A DNA stretch of 64,000 nucleotides from contig OZ241329.1 of NCBI GenBank assembly GCA_965199825.1, forward strand, positions 1,152,001-1,216,000. The letters are read 5' to 3'. The notes under the pieces were generated by a model. That model was not told the DNA's origin. It searched no databases and saw nothing but the letters and a program-made list of their open reading frames with translations. Within the stretch, counting starts at the first letter, position 1; the number at the start of each line of letters is the position of its first letter. A program made the position numbers and the translations under genes. The stretch is from Bdellovibrionales bacterium (GTDB lineage Bacteria > Bdellovibrionota > Bdellovibrionia > Bdellovibrionales > UBA1609). Shown here one piece after another: positions 10,909 to 19,372 of this stretch.

Positions 10909-12033
10909 GTGTCATCACCACTTTTACCCTCCACACAGTACGAAGTTCAGGATTATATCGGCCGCGGCCATTCGGCAGAGGTTTATCGCGCGATTCGGGT
11001 TGATCATTCTCTTGGTTTACAACAAACCGTGGCTCTTAAGATTCTTAACGATAAGACTCTTGTCGACGAGTTAAGACGCGAATTTGAGAGCTTAGCCCAA
11101 ATTAGGTCACGCTACTGCGTGCAGCTTTTTGGATTTGAGAATTGGCAAAATAGGCCAACGTTGGTGTTGGAATATGTTGACGGAGTCGATCTTGAAACAC
11201 TCCATCACGAGGGTCTTGAAGAATCTGAAATTACTGAGTTGCTGCGCCAAATTCAGTGCGGTCTTTTGGATTTAAGCGAGCAGGGTTTGTTTCATGGGGA
11301 TTTAAGCTTAAGAAATGTTTTGGTGGATAAATCGGGAACCGTTCGTCTCGTCGACTATGGTCACGCCAATTATTCCGAAGATCATATGTCTGTGACGGTT
11401 GATTATGTGGCGCCTGAAATTTTTAAAATGCAAAAACCAAATCTAAAAAGTGATTTGTTTTCGCTTGCGCGCCTCGAACAATTTTTGCGATTGAGCGGGT
11501 CGGCCACCGCAATTCTTTTTTATCAAAATTTAAATGAAGATCCTGAACAGCGAAAGCTTCTTCAACTCGAAGAAAATATGGCAGCACGAGAAAGCATAAA
11601 AAAACGGGTGCTCGAGATGAAGCTGCGACAACTTTCACGACGGGCATCCACGCTGCGCATTATCTTTGGTGCCTCAAACAAAACCAAAATAGTGCAGCAA
11701 CTCTCGATTGCGGCAATCGTCTGCCTGACTTTTATTTTGCCACAGAGTCAGTCGTCCACCATTCCACATCTTCAACACAAAATTGTGGCGCGACCCTTGG
11801 AGCCTGCTAAAAGCAAAATTGTTTTAGCTCAACCGGTAAACTTGTCGATTCGTACAAAAAATTGGATGCAGGTTGAAATCAACGGACAGAATTTAGGCTA
11901 TACACCAGTACTCACAAAGATTTCTCCTGGACCTATCCACATCCGTTGGCAGGGCGCTAAATCTCGCGGGCAAAGAACTTTGACTCTCCTTGAGGGACAA
12001 AATAAAGTTCTAAGCGATTCGTTCTTTCGCTAA
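10909..12033 (+). CDS. Hanks-type Ser/Thr protein kinase with TM and PEGA-like C-terminus
   Basis: GRGHSAEVY, VALK, HGDLSLRN, DYG, APE, SDLFSL; C-terminal VEINGQNLGYTP. Confidence 0.85.
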   Translation: MSSPLLPSTQYEVQDYIGRGHSAEVYRAIRVDHSLGLQQTVALKILNDKTLVDELRREFESLAQIRSRYCVQLFGFENWQNRPTLVLEYVDGVDLETLHHEGLEESEITELLRQIQCGLLDLSEQGLFHGDLSLRNVLVDKSGTVRLVDYGHANYSEDHMSVTVDYVAPEIFKMQKPNLKSDLFSLARLEQFLRLSGSATAILFYQNLNEDPEQRKLLQLEENMAARESIKKRVLEMKLRQLSRRASTLRIIFGASNKTKIVQQLSIAAIVCLTFILPQSQSSTIPHLQHKIVARPLEPAKSKIVLAQPVNLSIRTKNWMQVEINGQNLGYTPVLTKISPGPIHIRWQGAKSRGQRTLTLLEGQNKVLSDSFFR

Positions 12034-12053
12034 AAAATATCCTTGGGGGGAAA

Positions 12054-12251
12054 ATGCCGGCAAAAGAAAGCTCTCGTATCGAGTCGCTCGAAGTCTTAGT
12101 TGATGAACTTTTAAAAGACTCACCTGAAGAAAATCTTGTTCGCCAAAAGATGGAACAGATTGGTCTCGAATATCAAACCGATCCGGTGATTCGACTCAAT
12201 GATGTACTCCAAGCGCTTCGAGTTCCTGCACCCAAATTTAAGGATCTTTAA
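12054..12251 (+). CDS. Small hypothetical protein
   Basis: G-rich RBS; fills the gap between kinase and next gene. Confidence 0.55.
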   Translation: MPAKESSRIESLEVLVDELLKDSPEENLVRQKMEQIGLEYQTDPVIRLNDVLQALRVPAPKFKDL

Positions 12252-12253
12252 TA

Positions 12254-13420
12254 ATGAAAAAAAACGAATCGCTCGGATTTGAAACTCGGGCCATTCATGC
12301 GGGCCAACAACCTGATCCAACGACAGGTGCGATTATGACTCCTATTTATATGTCGTCGACATATGTGCAGCAGTCGCCGGGTCAGCATAAAGGTTATGAA
12401 TATTCTCGTACAAGCAATCCAACCCGACGCGCATTTGAAGATTGCATGGCCAGTCTCGAAGGCGGCGTGAGAGGTTTTGCTTTTGCCTCGGGTCTTGCGG
12501 CGACAACAACCGTGATGCATCTGCTGACCTCGGGCGATCATGTTGTTGCGGGCGATGATATGTACGGCGGTACATTTCGTTTGTTTGATAAAGTTTTAAA
12601 ACATCACGGTCTAGAATTTACTTATGCCGATTTGACTGTGCTTGATGAATTAAAAAAAGTGGTAAAACCAGAAACAAAACTGATCTGGCTTGAAACTCCC
12701 ACGAATCCCACCCTCAAGTTGGTCGACATTGCGGCGATTTGTGCTTTCGCTCGACCAAAAGGAATTTTGGTTGCGGTCGATAACACGTTCATGAGTCCGT
12801 ATTTTCAAAAACCACTGGAGCTCGGTGCCGATATTGTTGTGCACTCCACAACAAAATTCATCAATGGCCATAGCGATATTGTTGGCGGAATGGTTGTTAC
12901 GCGCACTCAAGATCTTGCAGAAAAGTTGGCTTTTTTAAGTAATGCAATGGGTGCGATCGGCTCTCCCATGGATGCTTTTTTTGGATTGAGAAGTTTAAAA
13001 ACATTGGCAGTTCGGATGCGCGCCCATCAAGAAAATGCCATGAAAGTCGCCGAATATCTCGAGCAACATTCTTCTGTCGAACGGGTTTTATATCCTGGGC
13101 TTAAAAGTCATCCCCAACATGAGCTTGCGGCAAAACAGATGAGCGGCTTTGGTGGGATGATCACATTTTTTATTCGTGGTGGATTGAGCGAAGCCAGAAC
13201 ATTTTTAGAAAACGTAAAACTTTTTGCCTTGGCCGAAAGCTTAGGTGGGGTCGAGTCCCTGATTGAGCATCCCGCAATCATGACACATGCGAGTGTTCCT
13301 GTAGCGATGCGCAAGAGTTTAGGGATTGATGACCAGTTGATTCGACTCAGTGTGGGGATAGAAAACGTTCGCGATCTCATTCATGACCTTGAGTTTGCTT
13401 TTACGAAGCGCCAAGGTTGA
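12254..13420 (+). CDS. Cystathionine gamma-synthase/gamma-lyase (Cys/Met PLP enzyme)
   Basis: YSRTSNPT, ETPTNP, DNTF, HSTTKFINGHSD, AESLGGVESL. Confidence 0.93.
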   Translation: MKKNESLGFETRAIHAGQQPDPTTGAIMTPIYMSSTYVQQSPGQHKGYEYSRTSNPTRRAFEDCMASLEGGVRGFAFASGLAATTTVMHLLTSGDHVVAGDDMYGGTFRLFDKVLKHHGLEFTYADLTVLDELKKVVKPETKLIWLETPTNPTLKLVDIAAICAFARPKGILVAVDNTFMSPYFQKPLELGADIVVHSTTKFINGHSDIVGGMVVTRTQDLAEKLAFLSNAMGAIGSPMDAFFGLRSLKTLAVRMRAHQENAMKVAEYLEQHSSVERVLYPGLKSHPQHELAAKQMSGFGGMITFFIRGGLSEARTFLENVKLFALAESLGGVESLIEHPAIMTHASVPVAMRKSLGIDDQLIRLSVGIENVRDLIHDLEFAFTKRQG

Positions 13421-13445
13421 CAGCACGAAACTGGGTCGGTACTTC
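13417..13445 (+). promoter_or_regulatory. Possible sigma70 promoter of tRNA-Phe
   Basis: TTGACA (13417-13422), 17 bp spacer, TACTTC (weak -10). Confidence 0.4.
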
Positions 13446-13466
13446 TGTGCGATCTTATTTCATTAA

Positions 13467-13542
<76 letters not shown>

Positions 13543-13547
13543 CTTCA

Positions 13548-14207
13548 TCACCCATTAAGTTTTAAAATTAGGTTTGAGCTGAGTTCGAGCTCACACGGAT
13601 TTTTTAATTTTTCTGCGAGGCCTTGCATTTGATAGCGCAGCCATTGCTTTTGTTTTTCGCTAAATAAGTTGGGGTTTGATTTGTTGAGGACACGAAATAA
13701 AACCTGATTCAATTTTCTTAAGCGTGCGGTGCGAATATCGAGTGAGCGTTCAAAATCGAAAGTCAGTTGGGTCGATTTGGTCAAATATTCCTCCGGCGCT
13801 ATTACATAAACCAAATATAAAAAGTGGGTGAGTGCTGCCATCGAGGAATATTCATCGGGTTCTTTTTCAATCACACGATCCAATAAAAAATTAATTTGGC
13901 GAATTCCTTGCGGCCCGTTGAGAATATAAACCGCATTGTCGGGCAGGAATGAATTTTCACCGTAGATAAACTTCCATTGGGCTTCAAAGGTGACACTGCT
14001 CGTGACTTTGACTTCAATAAATTCAATTTCAGCTACAAATGCAGAAGAGAGTGAGTTGAGTGTGGCTGAATTCAGCAAACCAACTCCTTGATTAAAACTT
14101 GCAATCGCATCGTGGGAGATATGTTCAAGTGTTGGGATATCAAACACCACTCGAATCTGTGAAGCCGAAGCTTCAAAGGCAAAAAAGAAAAAAATGAAAT
14201 ACTTCAC
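13548..14207 (-). CDS. Hypothetical exported protein
   Basis: AAGGAG RBS before GTG 14207; signal peptide ending AFEASA. Confidence 0.6.
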   Translation of the reverse strand: MKYFIFFFFAFEASASQIRVVFDIPTLEHISHDAIASFNQGVGLLNSATLNSLSSAFVAEIEFIEVKVTSSVTFEAQWKFIYGENSFLPDNAVYILNGPQGIRQINFLLDRVIEKEPDEYSSMAALTHFLYLVYVIAPEEYLTKSTQLTFDFERSLDIRTARLRKLNQVLFRVLNKSNPNLFSEKQKQWLRYQMQGLAEKLKNPCELELSSNLILKLNG

Positions 14208-14412
14208 GTCGTTTCTCCTTAGGGAGCTACGTTCCGTAGGGACTTGACCCAAGTCAAGATGTGGATGTGGCTGAAACAAGAATGAATAGGACTAATTTAT
14301 TCACAGGAAGTCTCAAGTTGAGGCCTTAAGATTGCAAACAATCCGACCATTAGGTTCGGCACCGCTTTAAAACTAAATTGACTGTGATTTGGGTCAAAAC
14401 CGGGAGGCAAAT

Positions 14413-14574
14413 ATGCACAATTTATTACTACCCACTTTAAATGCGGAGATTCTTTCATCCCTCCCAGACCACATCCAGAGCCGCACGGGATCTTCATCTG
14501 TTGTTTGGGTTATCGGATTTATCTTGGGAATGATTCTGTTGTCGGTGGTTTTGCCAAGATTAATGAGCCGTTAG
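14413..14574 (+). CDS. Small membrane protein
   Basis: GGAGG RBS before ATG 14413; one C-terminal TM. Confidence 0.5.
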   Translation: MHNLLLPTLNAEILSSLPDHIQSRTGSSSVVWVIGFILGMILLSVVLPRLMSR

Positions 14575-14888
14575 TCGATGTTGTTGTCCTGATCCACACT
14601 GCTGACCTCGATATTTGGAATATTGAGATCGCTCTCTTCGCCTAAAATAAATCCTTCAAGCGGGGCTCGTTCATTCAGATCGCCAGTTTCTTCGGAATTT
14701 CTGGTTTGTATTCCTGCACCAGCTGAAACTTCCACAGCGGGAAGCTCAGATTCTTCGATTAAATCATGCTTCGTTTGCATTGATGGGAAAGCCGAAGTCA
14801 TGCCCTCTTTGCGACGATGCTGCGGAACCGATGGGTATTGCAAATCCAGTTTTTGTTGATTGCGACGGTCATTTTCGGTTGTGGGCAT
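14571..14888 (-). CDS. Acidic hypothetical protein
   Basis: ORF directly downstream of the GST gene on the same strand. Confidence 0.5.
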   Translation of the reverse strand: MPTTENDRRNQQKLDLQYPSVPQHRRKEGMTSAFPSMQTKHDLIEESELPAVEVSAGAGIQTRNSEETGDLNERAPLEGFILGEESDLNIPNIEVSSVDQDNNID

Positions 14889-14896
14889 AACAAATC

Positions 14897-15526
14897 CTAT
14901 TTTACAGTTTTGGCCAGTTCGTATGCTTTTTTAACTGCAGGTCGTTGTGCCATTGTCTCAAACCATCTTTTGATATTTGAGAAGTCCGAAAGTTTTTGGC
15001 CCAGCATTTCGTATGGAGCAATCCAAGGATAAATTGCCATATCAGCAATTGAGTAAGTGTCAGCCACAAACTCTCGATTTGCGAGTCGATCGTTAAGCAC
15101 TTTGAAAAGACGCGCGGTCTCATTGACGTAACGCTCGATCGCATAAGGAACTTTTTCGGGAGCATGCTTTGAGAAATGAGAATTTTGTCCAGCCATAGGA
15201 CCTAAGCCCGCGACTTGCCAAAATAACCATTCTGAAACAGCAACTTTACCGCGATCATCGTGGGGAACAAATTTTTTGGCTTTTTCGGCAAGATACCAAA
15301 GGATTGCACCCGACTCGAACATCGAAATCGGACCTTTTTTATCTGCAGGTTCGTGATCAACTATCGCAGGCATTTTATTGTTGGGCGAGATCTTTAGGAA
15401 TTCCGACTTAAACTGCTCTTTGGCATTAATGTTTACCGGATGAAGCTTGTAAGGAAGTTGGGCTTCTTCGAGGAAAATTGTGATTTTGTGTCCGTTCGGA
15501 GTGGGCCAGTAGTATAAATCAATCAT
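14897..15526 (-). CDS. Glutathione S-transferase-like disulfide oxidoreductase (YfcG/Ure2 class)
   Basis: MIDLYYWPTPNG, SPNNKMPAI, FESGAIL, YSIADMA. Confidence 0.9.
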   Translation of the reverse strand: MIDLYYWPTPNGHKITIFLEEAQLPYKLHPVNINAKEQFKSEFLKISPNNKMPAIVDHEPADKKGPISMFESGAILWYLAEKAKKFVPHDDRGKVAVSEWLFWQVAGLGPMAGQNSHFSKHAPEKVPYAIERYVNETARLFKVLNDRLANREFVADTYSIADMAIYPWIAPYEMLGQKLSDFSNIKRWFETMAQRPAVKKAYELAKTVK

Positions 15527-15581
15527 AATGGCCGCAGCGTACATCCGTGCGGCCAAAATATAAAACATTTTTTTTAAAGGA

Positions 15582-16358
15582 CTAGTGGGTACTCAAAATT
15601 TCCTTATTGGTTTCGCGTACGATCGAGCCACCCTCTAAGCTTACAGTCTGATGTGAATAAATCGTAGCCTCTTGACTGCATGGAAAAAGAGTTGAAGCCG
15701 AGCTGTCAGTCAAAATGTTCACATCAACAACAGATAAAGTTTGTTGTGAGCAGTTGGACCGCGCGCCATAACGCTTGATGATTCGATTTGCTGGAATCAG
15801 TTTACCCGAATCTGTCGAAAAAAATCCGCTCTCGATTGTTTGGTTGACTGCAGTTGTCATGTTTAAATCACAGGGAGATGAAGGGATTGGCGCATCAGTT
15901 TCACCGTAAGTTTCAAAGTGATTGCCAGCCGCATCTCTAAAAAATTCGGTTTTACTTCGGATTGGATGTGGCCAGATGTCCTCTTTGGTATATTTGTCGT
16001 AGCTTGTCTTACTATCCGCAGACCGAGTGATTACGATCAGCCCTTTGGTCGTTTGATGAATTGGATTTTGACCCTCATAGTTCTCATGAAGCTCACGAAT
16101 ATAGATAAACTTTTTTTGTTTTGTAAGACAGCTCACAAAATCTTCAGGTCTTTTTAGTAGAAGCTGATCTTGCAAGAAATCTTCTAGAGATTGAAAGACC
16201 TTTACCGATCTATCAGGATTAAATCGATCATCATGAAAAGTGGTTTGGTGATATCCACCCAGCGATTCATCGAATGAGCCACCTGATGGATGATCAATAA
16301 AAGTTTTTTTCTCACAACCAAAAGAAAGCAATAATAAGAGCGGGAGCCATTTGTTCAT
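15582..16358 (-). CDS. Hypothetical lipoprotein
   Basis: MNKWLPLLLLLSFGC lipobox-like signal. Confidence 0.6.
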   Translation of the reverse strand: MNKWLPLLLLLSFGCEKKTFIDHPSGGSFDESLGGYHQTTFHDDRFNPDRSVKVFQSLEDFLQDQLLLKRPEDFVSCLTKQKKFIYIRELHENYEGQNPIHQTTKGLIVITRSADSKTSYDKYTKEDIWPHPIRSKTEFFRDAAGNHFETYGETDAPIPSSPCDLNMTTAVNQTIESGFFSTDSGKLIPANRIIKRYGARSNCSQQTLSVVDVNILTDSSASTLFPCSQEATIYSHQTVSLEGGSIVRETNKEILSTH

Positions 16359-16456
16359 ATAAGAGTCCTTTCTTTAACGAACAACAGAACTCACTCCAAG
16401 ACTGATGCCGAGGCGGTAGGTCCGTTTAATGCCTTAATAGGAATGAAGATATGAAA

Positions 16457-17377
16457 TTAGGTGTGGGCCGATGACAATTTTTGGCTGCAGATGCGGGTCT
16501 TAAAGAGCAACATCGAGAGACCAACAAGCACAAGAGCAGTCGCAAATAAAAAACGTAAGGTGACGGGCTCGTTTGCAAGCCCCCATCCTAATCCCACTGC
16601 AATCACCGGATTTACCAATGTGTAAGTGCTCAAAGCGTGAGGCTCAACACTGCGACCCAAGAACGAAAAAGCACCAAACGCAACAACAGACCCAAAAATA
16701 GTCAGATAGGCCCATGCCCAAAATGAAGTTGAGCTGACTTGAGAAATCTGAAACCCAAAAATTTCGCCCGTGGTGATGGCAATCAGCATCACAACAAGTC
16801 CACCAAAAAAAAGTTGGGCGCCGGCATAGCTAAATGGACTTTTTGTTTTAGCAATTTTACGTTGAAGATGAATTCCAGTAGCCCACAACCAACTCGACGC
16901 CAAAACCAGAAACACTGCAAACTGTTCAGCACCCGCATTTGTTTGCTGTTCAGAGGCAATGAACGCCACACCAACAAGTCCGATCAGTGCACCCAAAATT
17001 TTCCTGGGTCCTGGCCAACTTTCGCCAAAAAAAAGTGGACCAAACATCATCACCCAAATCGGCATGGCGCCGATAATCACTGCGGCAATTCCTGAGGAAA
17101 CCCATTTTTCGCTGTAGGTCACCGTGGCATTTGCAATCATCAGCAGTGCGCCGCTTAAAAATGAATATTTGATTTCGGATTTCGAGAGTTGAGGTTCTTT
17201 AAAATAGCGGCCAATGCCCGCCATGATCAATCCTGCCAACAAGACTCGGGTTGCGGCCATGGTCCAAGGTGGGATGGTTTCGATCGCAAAACGAATCCCG
17301 AGATAGGTCGATCCCCAAACAACATAAACCGCAAAAAAGGCGAAAATATACTTTGGCTTCAAGAAGTTTGCATACAA
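16457..17377 (-). CDS. EamA/DMT transporter (YedA-like)
   Basis: VYVVWGSTYLGIR, NPVIAVGLG; ~10 TM. Confidence 0.9.
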   Translation of the reverse strand: MYANFLKPKYIFAFFAVYVVWGSTYLGIRFAIETIPPWTMAATRVLLAGLIMAGIGRYFKEPQLSKSEIKYSFLSGALLMIANATVTYSEKWVSSGIAAVIIGAMPIWVMMFGPLFFGESWPGPRKILGALIGLVGVAFIASEQQTNAGAEQFAVFLVLASSWLWATGIHLQRKIAKTKSPFSYAGAQLFFGGLVVMLIAITTGEIFGFQISQVSSTSFWAWAYLTIFGSVVAFGAFSFLGRSVEPHALSTYTLVNPVIAVGLGWGLANEPVTLRFLFATALVLVGLSMLLFKTRICSQKLSSAHT

Positions 17378-17442
17378 GCTTGCATCGTTTTAGCCAAGGA
17401 ATTAAACCGGAGAACGAATACCAATTTGATGAAGGATTAAAA

Positions 17443-17895
17443 ATGAAATCAGTAACCGAATTTTGGAGTTTTAATTTGGCCAAAGGCTTAACCGCTAAGG
17501 AAGCTTTGGCTGCAGAAGGTAAATCGCCTGAAGAGATTCAAACCAGCATTGGCGAAAAATTTAAAATGGAAGGCGATAAACTAAAGCACTTTGTAAATGC
17601 GCTTGAAGTTGTGAGCCAAAATCCCGAAGGACTCAGCCGTGTGCTTGTTGTTGGTTTGGCTGAAGGCGAAAAAGTGCCGCTAAAATCGGTACAAGTTGAA
17701 GAATTTTATTATGTGCCTGAGTTCACAATTGCTCCTAAAGCTGTTGTTGGAAAAATTGATCGCAAAAATCAAGACAAAGGCAAAAAAGGTAAGGGCGGCC
17801 CCAAAGAATCTCCATGGGGACTTTCACCTGAGCAAAAGGCTGCTAAAAAAGGACCTCGTAAAGCAGAGGCACCTGCAACTCCTGAGAAAAAATAA
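17443..17895 (+). CDS. Hypothetical protein with basic C-terminal tail
   Basis: AAGGA RBS before ATG 17443; followed by a hairpin. Confidence 0.65.
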   Translation: MKSVTEFWSFNLAKGLTAKEALAAEGKSPEEIQTSIGEKFKMEGDKLKHFVNALEVVSQNPEGLSRVLVVGLAEGEKVPLKSVQVEEFYYVPEFTIAPKAVVGKIDRKNQDKGKKGKGGPKESPWGLSPEQKAAKKGPRKAEAPATPEKK

Positions 17896-17917
17896 GCTGA
17901 CGTACAGCGATCATTTG

Positions 17918-17943
17918 AGGCCCCGTTTTTTAGCGGGGTCTTT
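17918..17943 (+). terminator. Probable intrinsic terminator
   Basis: GGCCCCG-TTTTTTAG-CGGGGTC stem-loop followed by TTT. Confidence 0.55.
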
Positions 17944-18041
17944 GGGCGGACTTCAAGGTTTGCTTAATCATCCGTAATCTCTGAATCCAACGACGATCGT
18001 TTGCAAATTGCATAAAGTTTTGCCCCAAAGTTTGGCGGCAT

Positions 18042-18848
18042 TCAATGTCGATGATGGGCACGATGATGACCCGAACACAAAATCGTCAGATTCTCGATTT
18101 CATCTGTACCACCCTGTGATTTTGGATGTTGATGATGGATATCAAGATGTCTTTGCTGCGTGCATCTTTCACCATTTTCATCGATGTGGGTACATTGGCC
18201 GTCATACTTTTGATGGAGCTTACGTTTGATGGTGATTTTCGAAGTGCTTTTGGGCGGGCACGATTTTTTGAGCGGATCCAATTTCTCAAGTAATAGCTGA
18301 GTGGCGTGATCGTGGACATCTTGAATAGAGGCGGCTCGTTTTAGTTTTTGACTTAAAAGATCTTGGGCTCTTTGAATCTCTTTAAATTTTTCTTCGCTCA
18401 CCGCATAGGTGATTTGGATCAGAATTGTTTCGCCCACCTGTTTGTATCGTGCCCGCTCGGGAATTGCTTTTTCGGGATGGGCTTTGGCGATTTGTTTTTC
18501 TAAATTTCTTTTTGTGCCCTTGGCATGGTCGCACCATTCGAGAACATTGTCTGAAGTGATGATACTTGCGATGCGGTTAATTTTAGAAACAGAAAGTTCG
18601 CCCGTTTCCATTTGGGTTTTAAGTTCAGGAACTTCAGTAAATTTCTTTGCGAGCTTATTAAAGATGCTTGCCAGTTCCTCTGACATTTTGAGCTGCTTGG
18701 TTGAATACTCAAAAAGCGAATGACAGCCAAATTTATAATAGCTTCTGTTGCGCCACACTTGCTCTAAAGCATTCAACAATTCCATTTCGGTTTTGCGATG
18801 ATTCTTTGCTGCGATCACTGCGGTTTCGTGGATTTTTTGGTGACTCAT
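18042..18848 (-). CDS. HNH endonuclease-domain protein, copy 1 (helical N-terminal domain + C-terminal HNH)
   Basis: QCT...RCTQQRHLDIHHQHPKSQGGTDEIENLTILCSGHH HNH/Zn motif; FGCHSLFEY N-terminal motif; AGGAG RBS. Confidence 0.85.
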   Translation of the reverse strand: MSHQKIHETAVIAAKNHRKTEMELLNALEQVWRNRSYYKFGCHSLFEYSTKQLKMSEELASIFNKLAKKFTEVPELKTQMETGELSVSKINRIASIITSDNVLEWCDHAKGTKRNLEKQIAKAHPEKAIPERARYKQVGETILIQITYAVSEEKFKEIQRAQDLLSQKLKRAASIQDVHDHATQLLLEKLDPLKKSCPPKSTSKITIKRKLHQKYDGQCTHIDENGERCTQQRHLDIHHQHPKSQGGTDEIENLTILCSGHHRAHHRH

Positions 18849-18873
18849 TAAATATCTCCTATTTACTGAGTTA

Positions 18874-18882
18874 AATATAACA
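18874..18882 (-). promoter_or_regulatory. Extended -10 promoter of HNH copy 1
   Basis: TGTTATATT on minus strand; equivalent TGATATACT precedes copy 2. Confidence 0.5.
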
Positions 18883-19060
18883 TGAGTTTTTTTAAGAGCA
18901 TTTTTGATAGGACTCGACTGTTTGTGGAGATCAAGTTTTTGCTGGAGAGTTTGGCTTAAGGTGCGTTTGTGAAGTGCGTGTGTTTCAAAAAGAATCGGAT
19001 GTTTTCAAAAACAAATCCTTGGGCATTTTAAGACACCTAAATTTGCGTCAATATTTTTTT

Positions 19061-19264
19061 TGGGCGGGCACGATAATTTGTTTACCTCATCCGCGGTAGG
19101 CACGAACACTTATCTACCGCTATGGGCGGGCACGACGAATTATGAATCCATCCTGGGCGGGCACGATACTTTCGCAGCCTCATTGGGCGGGCACGACAAT
19201 CCACAACCCCCACTCGAAGCGGGAACGACAATGCACAACCCCCACTCGAAGCGGGCACGACAAT
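19061..19264 (+). repeat. Interspaced repeat array: 7 x (TGG)GCGGGCACGA core, 30-32 bp period, ~17-21 nt variable intervening sequence
   Basis: CACGA/AACGA cores at 19069, 19101, 19131, 19162, 19192, 19224, 19256. Confidence 0.85.
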
Positions 19265-19372
19265 CTAAAAATCCAACCCAATACTGCAACAACAGCCGGC
19301 TCTGGCGAAGGGGCCCAAATAGTCACTTTCAAAAATCATCTAGATCCTGATTGCTCTGATCGGGCATTCGAC

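Noticed and set aside
19061..19264. Calling the interspaced array a canonical CRISPR array
   Set aside because: The repeat (~13 nt) and spacers (~18 nt) are too short, the repeat is degenerate, two spacers are near-duplicates, and no cas genes are present in the window.
18042..19264. Calling the module TIGR-Tas (TasH) or an IscB/HEARO-type system
   Set aside because: I could not recognise a two-repeat/two-spacer ~36-nt unit, box C/D-like motifs, a Nop domain or RuvC motifs by eye. A profile search would be needed to exclude these fully.
19060..19350. 96-aa ORF spanning array 1
   Set aside because: TTG start without an RBS; the sequence simply reflects the DNA repeat.
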